From the NCBI GenBank assembly GCA_039920285.1, contig JBDSDX010000001.1:720001-752000 (forward strand): DNA of 32,000 bases. The letters are read 5' to 3'. Under the pieces are notes generated by a model. That model had not been told where the DNA came from. It saw nothing but the letters and a program-made list of their open reading frames with translations, and ran no database searches. Position 1 is the stretch's first letter; each line of letters begins with the position of its first letter. The position numbers and the translations under genes were made by a program. This document shows positions 23,987 through 31,728 of the stretch, one piece after another. This DNA comes from Candidatus Saccharimonadota bacterium (lineage in GTDB: Bacteria; Patescibacteriota; Saccharimonadia; Saccharimonadales; Saccharimonadaceae).

Positions 23987-25279
23987 TTACTCCGTACGGA
24001 GTGCTTCAATTGGATCAAGTTTTGATGCTTTACGTGCTGGGAGAATACCCGCACCGACTGAGACGACGATCAAACCGACAATGACAGCAATAATTTGCAG
24101 TGGTGTGAAAGCCAAGAGATAAATGTCTTTGAGTCCCAATGCATCGCTAATGTATGGATTAGCGATTGTGCCGACGACAAATGCAAGACCCGAGCCAATT
24201 GCTCCCCCAAGGAACCCAATCCAGGCAGCTTCATATTTAAACAAACGTCCAACATCACGACGACTCATACCAAGTGCTTTCATCAGACCGATTTGCTGTG
24301 TTCGTTCAAGGACACTAATGTACTGCGTGTTAATAATGCCGAAGATAGAGGTCAAAACAGCCAATGCACCAAATCCGAGCAAGACGCCAAGCAAGACATT
24401 GATAAAGGTGTTAATCGTGCCCAAGATATCAGCTGCAGTTTGCGCGGTATATCCCTGGCCTACTAATACATCTTTTACTTTTTGAGCATCGTTAGCATTC
24501 GCAACATGAACGGAGACGATAAAGAACTTGTTATAAAGTGGTGTCCCAGTATTTATATAATCGTACATTTCTTTGGCGGCTGCGTCGGTAACGAGCAATG
24601 AGCCTTGTGAACGGAAGGCTAACCCAGACGCACTGCTCACACCCCGTACAACGAAATTAAATTCTTTCTTCTGTGGAACAGTGTAGAGTGTTGATTGTTT
24701 CGTCGTTCCGATAGAAACAGTCTTGCCGATCGCATCTTGTGTATTCGTAAAACCGAGTACTTTCGCATAATCTTCGCCGAGGATAATGCCGTCATCACCC
24801 AGGTCGCCCGATACTGAACCGGCAGCATACGTGAGTGTCACGCTCGGGCTAAATGTACTCACCGTTGCTTGGTACTTCTTTTGTCCAGTGGTTGTAATAT
24901 AGTTTACCGATGGTGAATAATTCGGAGTAACTTTGTCGACGCCATCGATTTTCTCAATATCAGCTAAATTGGCTGAGCTGATATATTCAAGACCCTTAGC
25001 AGACGCGAACGGCCCCGCACTTTGGACTGCTCCAGGACCCGTTTCTTTGTACTCAGCAATTGCTGACGTTTGCTTTGATTGTTTTGACACCAACAGTTCA
25101 CGGACATCAGTATTGGAGTTGACGATCGCATCGGCGTACTGACGGCCGCCTTGCCCTCCTGCTAAGCTTAATGTAATAGTAAAAGCACCAACGCCAATCG
25201 CGAGGCTCGTCAAAAGCGTCCGCGCTTTTGCATGACGCAAACTTCGTCCCGCACGTCGAACTGTATCAGTTATCTTCAC
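23987..25279 (-). CDS. ABC transporter permease, MacB/FtsX-like (large periplasmic domain plus C-terminal FtsX-type TM bundle)
   Basis: The order is one N-terminal TM segment, an extracytoplasmic domain of about 250 aa, then three C-terminal TM segments. It ends LPARKASKLDPIEALRTE, which is typical of this family. Confidence 0.85.
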   Translation of the reverse strand: MKITDTVRRAGRSLRHAKARTLLTSLAIGVGAFTITLSLAGGQGGRQYADAIVNSNTDVRELLVSKQSKQTSAIAEYKETGPGAVQSAGPFASAKGLEYISSANLADIEKIDGVDKVTPNYSPSVNYITTTGQKKYQATVSTFSPSVTLTYAAGSVSGDLGDDGIILGEDYAKVLGFTNTQDAIGKTVSIGTTKQSTLYTVPQKKEFNFVVRGVSSASGLAFRSQGSLLVTDAAAKEMYDYINTGTPLYNKFFIVSVHVANANDAQKVKDVLVGQGYTAQTAADILGTINTFINVLLGVLLGFGALAVLTSIFGIINTQYISVLERTQQIGLMKALGMSRRDVGRLFKYEAAWIGFLGGAIGSGLAFVVGTIANPYISDALGLKDIYLLAFTPLQIIAVIVGLIVVSVGAGILPARKASKLDPIEALRTE

Positions 25280-25971
25280 TTTTTAACCTCAACCTTAAGA
25301 CCACGGATACTATGAATCTTTCCGTCTTTAATCTCAATACGTGCATCACATTTATCAGCCAAATCTGGGTCGTGGGTAACTACAATCAAAGTTGCTTTAT
25401 TTTTCTTTGAATAATTAAACAAGAAATCTTCGACAACTCCACCCGTCACACTATCGAGGTTACCTGTTGGTTCGTCTGCAAATAATATCTTGGGTTCGTT
25501 CACAATCGCACGCGCAACCGCGAGACGTTGTTTTTGACCACCAGAAAGATTACCGGCACGTGAGCGTTTTTTATCCGATAGCTCGACTGCGGCCAAAGCT
25601 GCTTCAACTTTGGCGCGTCGTTCACTAAGTGGGACTTCGGCAATTTCGAGTGGTAGCGACACGTTGTCATAACAAGTCTCATTTGCCTGAATAAAAAAAC
25701 TCTGGAAAATGAAACTCATTTTTGATGCCCGGAATGCATCAACTTGACGCGGTTTTAGAGTCAGGATATTTTCGCCGTCGATGATCACTTTTCCTTTTTC
25801 GGGACGGTCTAACCCACTCATGGCATGCATAAGTGTTGATTTACCACTGCCCGATTTACCAAGGATTGCAACCGTCATACCATTCGGAATTGAGAACGTG
25901 ATATCATCGAGCGCCAAGAAAGCATTCTGCTTCTTGCCGTACGTCTTGGTGATATGTTTAACCTCAATCAT
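25276..25971 (-). CDS. ABC transporter ATP-binding protein (MacB/LolD-like)
   Basis: Walker A is GKSGSGKST, the signature is LSGGQKQRLAVARA, and Walker B is ILFADEPTGNLD. A 4-nt overlap links it to the permease gene. Confidence 0.9.
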   Translation of the reverse strand: MIEVKHITKTYGKKQNAFLALDDITFSIPNGMTVAILGKSGSGKSTLMHAMSGLDRPEKGKVIIDGENILTLKPRQVDAFRASKMSFIFQSFFIQANETCYDNVSLPLEIAEVPLSERRAKVEAALAAVELSDKKRSRAGNLSGGQKQRLAVARAIVNEPKILFADEPTGNLDSVTGGVVEDFLFNYSKKNKATLIVVTHDPDLADKCDARIEIKDGKIHSIRGLKVEVKK

Positions 25972-25979
25972 CTTTATCC

Positions 25980-25985
25980 ACTATA
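25980..25985 (-). promoter_or_regulatory. -10-like box TATAGT, 8 nt upstream of the ABC ATPase ATG
   Basis: Reverse complement reads ttcTATAGTggataaagATG, immediately after the terminator hairpin. Confidence 0.35.
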
Positions 25986-25988
25986 GAA

Positions 25989-26020
25989 GAAAACTGCTGC
26001 TATAGCTAGCAGCAGTTTTC
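25989..26020 (-). terminator. Rho-independent terminator with a perfect 14-bp stem
   Basis: GAAAACTGCTGCTA (25989..26002) pairs perfectly with TAGCAGCAGTTTTC (26007..26020) around the loop TAGC. On the minus strand the stem ends in UUUUC followed by UUC. It sits just after the FMN reductase stop. Confidence 0.8.
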
Positions 26021-26027
26021 AGTTTAT

Positions 26028-26570
26028 TTATTTTGATGTTGTTATGCGTTCCACAAACTTCGCACCGACATTAGCAAGCCGTTCAGTCATCGCTTCATCG
26101 ATCGTGCCATCATTGTGAAAGACAGAACCTGCCATCGTAACGTACACTTCAGGTTGCCCCATAATCTTCGCATCAAGATAGACCATGACTGACCGTAGTT
26201 GTGTCTGCGCAGCAAGTGTCCCTAAAGCACCCCCTGATGCACCCACAACTGCCACAGGTTTCCCTGCAAATGAATTAGTTCCCCAGGGACGTGATGCCCA
26301 GTCGATAGCATTTTTTAACACACCCGGAATACCACGGTTATATTCTGGTGTCGCAAAGAGGACACCATCAGCTTTCTCGACTATATCCTTGATAGCCTGC
26401 GCACTGGCAGGATACTCAGCTTCCAGCTCTTCGTTAAAATGCGGCAAGCTCGCAATATCGACATACGTGAACGTCGTATCGGTTGGTGCCAAGCGCTCGA
26501 TATGTTGCGCCAATTGTTTGTTGAATGATTTCTCGCGAATACTTCCCACGAAAACAGCAATGTCTGTCAT
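26028..26570 (-). CDS. NAD(P)H-dependent FMN reductase family oxidoreductase
   Basis: The 180-aa product contains IAVFVGSIREKSFN, FATPEYNRGIPGVLKNAIDWASR and a flavodoxin-like fold signature. Confidence 0.85.
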   Translation of the reverse strand: MTDIAVFVGSIREKSFNKQLAQHIERLAPTDTTFTYVDIASLPHFNEELEAEYPASAQAIKDIVEKADGVLFATPEYNRGIPGVLKNAIDWASRPWGTNSFAGKPVAVVGASGGALGTLAAQTQLRSVMVYLDAKIMGQPEVYVTMAGSVFHNDGTIDEAMTERLANVGAKFVERITTSK

Positions 26571-26596
26571 ATGTCCCCTTTTTTATTACTATATTT

Positions 26597-26624
26597 AGTA
26601 TAGCAAATATTTTTGTTGTTGCAA
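26597..26624 (-). promoter_or_regulatory. Promoter TTGCAA-16-(TGc)TATACT for the FMN reductase gene, with a conventional 26-nt gap to the ATG and an SD
   Basis: Reverse complement reads ggTTGCAAcaacaaaaatattTGcTATACTaaatatagtaataaaaaaggggacatATG. Confidence 0.5.
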
Positions 26625-26646
26625 CCTTTCAGATCACTTCATGCTC

Positions 26647-26675
26647 TTGACATTTAAGCAATTAAGGAGTATGGT
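26647..26675 (+). promoter_or_regulatory. Promoter TTGACA-17-TATGGT for ORF 26712
   Basis: TTGACA at 26647..26652, a 17-nt spacer, TATGGT at 26670..26675. The leader is A-rich with no obvious SD. Confidence 0.45.
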
Positions 26676-26711
26676 AAAAAGAGTATTAATCCAACACAAA
26701 AAAATAAAAAC

Positions 26712-27266
26712 ATGACATTTGAATCCGAATACTCCTCTCACGAACCACTCCGCGCCAGCGATTACGAAGAACGCTCTGAGACTGAACCGTACGTCGGCGC
26801 CCCTGTCGCAGAGACACATGTTCCTAGTCCTGAAGCTTCTGAAGCGAAAACCCCGAACCCTTCGGCTCTTCGTCGTGTCGGTGAAGCTGCTATGGTACAA
26901 TTTCGTATTCTTCGCGCTGTTGGCGCAAAAGATTACCTATCTGATCCCCTTCTGACTGCGAAGGAGAAAGTTCACGATACCATTGAGAGTAACGTCGACA
27001 AAGGTCAAAAGAAAATGGCCGAAGTATCGAAAAACATTCACGAATTTCCTGGCAATGCTGCCAAAAAATATCAAGAGTCAAAGATTCAATTTGTTGACTT
27101 CCTCACGACCAATGTCGCCGATGCCTTGATTCGTAAAAGCGAGGTCGCAAAACGTCGTAAAGCTACCCGTGCGCAAAGTCGATCACAATCGAAACAACAT
27201 CGTTCACAACTAGCCTCTCAACGTGTTCAAGAAATTCGAAACAATAATGCCCGTCGCGCCGCCTAA
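26712..27266 (+). CDS. Hypothetical protein, 184 aa: acidic disordered N-terminus and strongly basic C-terminal tail
   Basis: A long ORF with its own promoter. No TM segment or recognised motif. The C-terminus reads KRRKATRAQSRSQSKQHRSQLASQRVQEIRNNNARRAA. Confidence 0.55.
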   Translation: MTFESEYSSHEPLRASDYEERSETEPYVGAPVAETHVPSPEASEAKTPNPSALRRVGEAAMVQFRILRAVGAKDYLSDPLLTAKEKVHDTIESNVDKGQKKMAEVSKNIHEFPGNAAKKYQESKIQFVDFLTTNVADALIRKSEVAKRRKATRAQSRSQSKQHRSQLASQRVQEIRNNNARRAA

Positions 27267-27277
27267 CTGTTAGAAAA

Positions 27278-27286
27278 TGCTATCAT
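27278..27286 (+). promoter_or_regulatory. Extended -10 box TGcTATCAT, 6 nt upstream of ATG 27293 (leaderless candidate)
   Basis: TGCTATCAT at 27278..27286, then agatat, then ATG 27293. Confidence 0.4.
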
Positions 27287-27292
27287 AGATAT

Positions 27293-27607
27293 ATGGAACC
27301 ATTGATTACCCCTACTATGCTCGCTGCCACCGGCATCGACATTAAAGATGAAGACGTCGAAGCGTACCTAGAGCATCTCAATACGCTTCTGACAGAACGA
27401 ATTGGTGAAGCAATTACCGAAAGTTTATCTGAAGAGAATATCGAAGCGCTATCACTCCTACAAGAAACAGCAAGTGACGAAGAGCTTGGAAAATGGCTGA
27501 ATACCAATGTCCCCGACCTCGATCAAATCATTCAAGATGAGATCGATATTGTTCTCGGTGAAGCCGTCGAAAATAGCGATGAAATCAATTCACTCGAAGA
27601 ATCCTAA
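27293..27607 (+). CDS. Small, very acidic helical protein, DUF5663-like (recalled from memory as typical of CPR genomes)
   Basis: The 104-aa product reads ...GIDIKDEDVEAYLEHLNTLLTERIGEAITESLSEENIEALSLLQETASDEELGKWLNTNVPDLDQIIQDEI... This matches my recollection of the family pattern, but the assignment is unverified. Confidence 0.55.
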   Translation: MEPLITPTMLAATGIDIKDEDVEAYLEHLNTLLTERIGEAITESLSEENIEALSLLQETASDEELGKWLNTNVPDLDQIIQDEIDIVLGEAVENSDEINSLEES

Positions 27608-27621
27608 GGGATTCTTTTTTT
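27598..27621. terminator. Bidirectional rho-independent terminator shared with convergent lysS
   Basis: AGAATCC (27598..27604) pairs with GGATTCT (27609..27615). The loop TAAG contains the stop codon of ORF 27293, and a T7 run follows. The lysS stop (27620..27622) lies in the T-tract. Confidence 0.75.
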
Positions 27622-29131
27622 ATTCGAAACGAATATCAGGATAAATAGCGCGAGTTGTCTCGTCGTATTCAACACGTAGTTGTGGGAATGGCACACCTTC
27701 GCGTGCAGTCACCCCTTCAAAGATCCAAAAAAGACGTTCGCTATAGCTAAAGCCACAAGTCGGTGGAATACCGTACTCGAGCATTTCAACGAAATCAATA
27801 TCCATCATCATCGCTTCGTCATCACCTGCTTCGCGCATCTGTTGTTGTTCTAAGAATCGGTTGAGTTGATCGATTGGATCATTTAACTCTGAAAAATTAT
27901 TGCCAAGTTCAGAACCCACAATGACTGGCTGGAAACGCTGTGTCGTCCGAGGGTCATCGAGATTCGTTTTCGCCAATGGACTAATAAAGAGCGGTGTATT
28001 AATCAACCAGACAGGGCCGGCGACATCTTTACGAATGTTCTTCCAGAGTTTGTCGATACCACGGGCTTTATTGTCGGCCTTTTCGACTTCAAGCTTGTTT
28101 TCCTTCAATGCTTTTTGGACATCCTCAAGACTACATTCATAAATGTCGATATCGTATCGTTTTTTGATGGTTTCAGCGTAGTCCCAATGCTCCCATTCTT
28201 GATCAAGATCAACCTCGAATTTTCCTAGCTTAAACTTCAGTGTCCCAAAGGTTTCTTTGAGGACATATTTCATCATATTCTCTTGGAAAACGATCCCCTC
28301 TTTCCAGCTGGCGTAAGCCCAGTAGTATTCGAGTGCGATATGTTCAGGAAGATGTTCGTCGCTGTAATTTTCGTTACGGAAACGAGGACCGAGGTCATAG
28401 ACTTTTTCAAAACCAGCACCAATCAAACGTTTTAGAGGCAACTCATGGCTGATACGAAGATAAAAGTCTTCGTCGAGCGCGTCCATGTGAGTGACGAATG
28501 GATTCGCATCAGCACCACCGGTCGTATGTTCTAGGACGGGGATATTTATTTCAATAAAGCCGTGGTCATCAAGGTATTTACGGGTGGCTTGCCAGAATTT
28601 GCTGCGGCGGACAAAACGATCACGAACGTCTTGGTTGACGTTCATATCGACGTAACGCCGACGCATACGTTCTTCTTTGTTAGTGAACCCTTCAGTCGCA
28701 CTTGGCATTGGGCGAAGCGTTTTAGTCAAAAGGTTTAATGTCTTCACAAAAATTGAGATTTCGCCGCTTTGGCTTTTTTTGATCTCACCAGTTGCTTCAA
28801 CGAAATCACCGGTATCAAGAAGTGGTAAATCTTCAATACCAAGTTGGTTCTTGGCGACATCACGAGCGACGACGTCAGCTTCGTTTAAATACAGCTGGAC
28901 TTGGCCACTGAAATCTTTAATCACCACAAATGCGAGCTTTCCGAATTTTCGGATCGCAACAATACGACCAGCAACGGTCGCTGTTTGCCCTTCAAGCTTT
29001 GAAAAATCAGCAACTACTTCACCGGCATTGTGTGTTCGGTGTGTTTCTGCCGGGTACGGGTTAAAACCGAGCTCTTTGAGCCGGTCAAGTTTACGAAGTC
29101 GCTCGTCGCGGAAATCTTTTAAAGTCGCCAT
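27620..29131 (-). CDS. lysS: Lysine--tRNA ligase, class II
   Basis: The 503-aa product has an N-terminal OB anticodon-binding domain and a class II core (FRNE, GIDRLVM-like region GIPPTCGFSYSERLFW). Confidence 0.95.
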   Translation of the reverse strand: MATLKDFRDERLRKLDRLKELGFNPYPAETHRTHNAGEVVADFSKLEGQTATVAGRIVAIRKFGKLAFVVIKDFSGQVQLYLNEADVVARDVAKNQLGIEDLPLLDTGDFVEATGEIKKSQSGEISIFVKTLNLLTKTLRPMPSATEGFTNKEERMRRRYVDMNVNQDVRDRFVRRSKFWQATRKYLDDHGFIEINIPVLEHTTGGADANPFVTHMDALDEDFYLRISHELPLKRLIGAGFEKVYDLGPRFRNENYSDEHLPEHIALEYYWAYASWKEGIVFQENMMKYVLKETFGTLKFKLGKFEVDLDQEWEHWDYAETIKKRYDIDIYECSLEDVQKALKENKLEVEKADNKARGIDKLWKNIRKDVAGPVWLINTPLFISPLAKTNLDDPRTTQRFQPVIVGSELGNNFSELNDPIDQLNRFLEQQQMREAGDDEAMMMDIDFVEMLEYGIPPTCGFSYSERLFWIFEGVTAREGVPFPQLRVEYDETTRAIYPDIRFE

Positions 29132-29140
29132 AGTAGGTCC

Positions 29141-29149
29141 AGTATATCA
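29141..29149 (-). promoter_or_regulatory. Extended -10 box TGaTATACT, 9 nt upstream of the lysS ATG
   Basis: Reverse complement reads ttcTGaTATACTggacctactATG, inside the 38-nt gap after greA. Confidence 0.4.
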
Positions 29150-29169
29150 GAAGTCCACTAGAGGTGAAA

Positions 29170-29625
29170 CTAGCTAACTTGAGAAATTTTGTAGGTGACG
29201 TCACCACGTGGTGTGTTGATAAGGACACTGTCACCAACTTTTTTACCGTAAAGAGCCATGCCGATTGGTGATTCGTTTGAGATTTTGCCAGCCAATGGGT
29301 CAGCTTCAACTGGACCAACAATGATATAAGCGACGACTTTCCCGCCTGTCTTCAATTCGACTTTGCTCCCAAGGTCGATTGTTTTCTTACGGGTACTTTT
29401 GATAATTTCAGCGTTGTTGATAATATCTTCAATTTCAGCAATACGAGTCTCGAGGAGGCCCTGCTCTTCGCGAGCTGCATCATATTCGGCGTTTTCGCTC
29501 AAGTCACCAAAGTCGCGAGCATCAGCAATCTTATCAGCAACCGCACCGCGGCGAGCCTTCAAAGTTTCGAGCTCGACTTCGAGCTCTTTTTTTCCGTCTT
29601 GAGTGATTTGATAATGTTTTTTCAT
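29170..29625 (-). CDS. greA: Transcription elongation factor GreA
   Basis: The 151-aa product has an N-terminal coiled coil (ITQDGKKELEVELETLK..RGAVADKIADARDFGDLSENAEYDAAREEQ) and a C-terminal FKBP-like domain. Confidence 0.95.
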   Translation of the reverse strand: MKKHYQITQDGKKELEVELETLKARRGAVADKIADARDFGDLSENAEYDAAREEQGLLETRIAEIEDIINNAEIIKSTRKKTIDLGSKVELKTGGKVVAYIIVGPVEADPLAGKISNESPIGMALYGKKVGDSVLINTPRGDVTYKISQVS

Positions 29626-29718
29626 AAATTCTCTTTCTGAACAAGATTTGGTTCAAATTCTTCTTTTAAGAGTGGCCCACGCTATATGTAGCGTAGGACA
29701 CCATGGAACCATCTCTAT

Positions 29719-30963
29719 TTAGATTAGTTTAGCAAGCAGATCAGTAGGTGTCAATAGCTCTGTTTCACCACTCACACGAGGGGTCAGTTCGAACTTTCCG
29801 TCCGCGAGTAGTCGATCACTGACAGTGACGCGATACGGAATACCAAGAAGCTCAGCATCAGCGAACTTAGTACCTGGTCGTTCCTCGCGATCATCATACA
29901 ATACTTCAATGCCCGCGTTCGTGAATTGCTCATATAAGTCGTCGGCAGCCTTTATTGCATCCTCATTACCAATACGAACGAGATAGACTTTAGCTGGTGC
30001 AACGTTCTCTGGCCAGACCAGACCTTTTTCGTCTGCGAAATGCTCTGCGATAAGTCCCATAAGACGGCTTGGACCGATTCCGTAGCTTCCCATGATGACC
30101 GGGACCGTCGCTCCCTCTTCGTTTGTGAAATTAAGATCAAGAGGATCACTAAAGCGCGTGCCAAGCGTAAAAATATTACCGACTTCAACTGCTTTTGCTT
30201 CTTCGAGTTCGTTTTTAGAGATACCAAGTTCCGCCAACACGTCATCGGTATAGACTTCAAGGTTGATCGCAATACGTTTTTCTTTATGAATATAAATCGT
30301 ATCTTCACCAACTGAGCTGACCGTCTGGAATTCATGACTAAACTTTGCAAAACTCCCGCCACTGGCAAATGTTTTGTAGGTATTTTCGCCAAGTCCAAGA
30401 CGATCAAACACTCTCACATACGCCTCACTAATTTTTTCGTAGAAAGCATCGTGTTCTTCCTGAGTACGGCTGAAACTGTAGAGGTCTTTCATCCAAAATT
30501 CGCGGCCGCGCATGAGTCCACTCTTTGAACGAAGTTCATTGCGGAATTTGATTTGGAATTGGTATGGATACACAGGCAAATCTTTATAACTATGAATAAA
30601 GTTTTTCATTAATTTCGTCAGTGGTTCTTCGTGCGTGGGCGCCAGGCCGAGTTCTTTACCGTCAGCAAGCTGAGTTTTAAACCACACATCCATCACGTCG
30701 TCGTTCCAACGCCCTGACGTCTGCCAGACTTCTGGGTTTTGCAAGGCGGTCATACTAATCTCATTACCACCAACAGCATTCATTTCTTCACGAATAATAT
30801 TCACGATGTTGTCGAGAACTTTTTTACCAAGTGGTAAGTACGTATATACCCCTGCCATTTCTTTATAAATAAAGCCGGCACGAATCAATAGCTGCGCGTT
30901 CTTGGCGACTTCATCGCTTGGCGCATCTTTAGTGGTTTTGGTAAATAAGTGAGAAATTTTCAT
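29719..30963 (-). CDS. proS: Proline--tRNA ligase, bacterial type but lacking the INS editing domain (414 aa)
   Basis: The N-terminus is MKISHLFTKTTKDAPSDEVAKNAQLLIRAGFIYKEMAGVYTYLPLG. Only about 40 residues separate ...SHEFQTVSSVGED from VEVGNIFTLGTRFS, where the INS domain of about 180 aa normally sits. GGAGGG lies 9 nt upstream of the ATG. Confidence 0.9.
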   Translation of the reverse strand: MKISHLFTKTTKDAPSDEVAKNAQLLIRAGFIYKEMAGVYTYLPLGKKVLDNIVNIIREEMNAVGGNEISMTALQNPEVWQTSGRWNDDVMDVWFKTQLADGKELGLAPTHEEPLTKLMKNFIHSYKDLPVYPYQFQIKFRNELRSKSGLMRGREFWMKDLYSFSRTQEEHDAFYEKISEAYVRVFDRLGLGENTYKTFASGGSFAKFSHEFQTVSSVGEDTIYIHKEKRIAINLEVYTDDVLAELGISKNELEEAKAVEVGNIFTLGTRFSDPLDLNFTNEEGATVPVIMGSYGIGPSRLMGLIAEHFADEKGLVWPENVAPAKVYLVRIGNEDAIKAADDLYEQFTNAGIEVLYDDREERPGTKFADAELLGIPYRVTVSDRLLADGKFELTPRVSGETELLTPTDLLAKLI

Positions 30964-30969
30964 AATTAA

Positions 30970-31728
30970 CTACCCTCCCAGTGTACTGAGAAGTGTCGGA
31001 TTAATAAAGAGGAAATAAAACGCAATGGAATTTTTGAGCATGTGAAGCATGATCGACGGCCACAGGCTTTTCGATACAACTCGTAACAGACAGGAAACAA
31101 CGCTCAGCGCAAAGACATCGATAGCAACGTTCCACTGACCATGGATAAAGCCGAACAATAGACTCGTCAACACAATCGCAACCCACAGCGGCATGTGTTT
31201 TCGAAGTTTTCCGAATAGGTACCCGCGGAATAAGATTTCTTCAGCAACCGGCGCAATAACAACCAATGTCAAGAAAGCAAAAACATATTCGTATTGGTGG
31301 AACAATCGGTCAAAACCAATATCTTGAGCTTGTTCAAGATTAATAAATGGCAAAATAATCGGTGTAATGACTAATAGAATTGCTGAAAGAATCATGTAGA
31401 TAATAAGTCCAGTTGGACCAAGGAGTAAATCGAGCCAACTTGGCCACTTGTTCAGGCCAAGATCTTCTTTAGACGTTCGGTACCTCTTAATCAGCCACGG
31501 TAAACCAATGACCATCGCGATGGTCAGGATGTAAATCAACGAACTGGAAAGTGTATTGAGGACCGAAGCATTCAATTTAGTGATCGGAACGCCGGCACTA
31601 TTGAGACCGTGCAAGATAAGATAGACGACGATTTGAACGACGAAGAAACTTACCAATACCCAAAGTGGAAGGACAAGTCCCATCCAGCTTTTTCGTTCGA
31701 CGAATTTATGCGAAAAGTTTTGCCACAT
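30970..31728 (-). CDS. CPBP family intramembrane glutamic endopeptidase (CAAX protease/Abi)
   Basis: It is polytopic, with the motifs APVAEEILFRGYLFG, FGFIHG and MLHMLKNS. The start is uncertain: 31728 overlaps rseP by 23 nt, and the alternative ATG is at 31683. Confidence 0.8.
   Translation of the reverse strand: MWQNFSHKFVERKSWMGLVLPLWVLVSFFVVQIVVYLILHGLNSAGVPITKLNASVLNTLSSSLIYILTIAMVIGLPWLIKRYRTSKEDLGLNKWPSWLDLLLGPTGLIIYMILSAILLVITPIILPFINLEQAQDIGFDRLFHQYEYVFAFLTLVVIAPVAEEILFRGYLFGKLRKHMPLWVAIVLTSLLFGFIHGQWNVAIDVFALSVVSCLLRVVSKSLWPSIMLHMLKNSIAFYFLFINPTLLSTLGG

Noticed and set aside
22679-29169. T-box or other long regulatory leaders upstream of the aminoacyl-tRNA synthetase genes (serS, lysS, proS)
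   Set aside because: The upstream gaps are 18 nt (serS), 38 nt (lysS) and 6 nt (proS). These are far too short for a T-box leader of about 200 nt.
680-29177. Nested or antisense ORFs in the track (for example 680..961, 2490..2867, 13731..14126, 19138..19491, 19794..20138, 22945..23277, 24095..24485, 26185..26598, 28677..29177, 29952..30407)
   Set aside because: Each lies wholly inside a longer, motif-supported gene, on the opposite strand or in another frame. Their low-complexity, Ser/Arg/Cys-rich translations are typical of shadow ORFs, and none has its own SD or promoter signal.
29676-29697. Hairpin CCCACGCTA-TATG-TAGCGTAGG downstream of proS as a terminator
   Set aside because: The stem is imperfect (6 bp, one mismatch, then 2 bp) and is not followed by a U-tract on the minus strand (CCACUCUUAAAAG). 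It may only pause or stabilise the transcript, so I did not list it as a feature.
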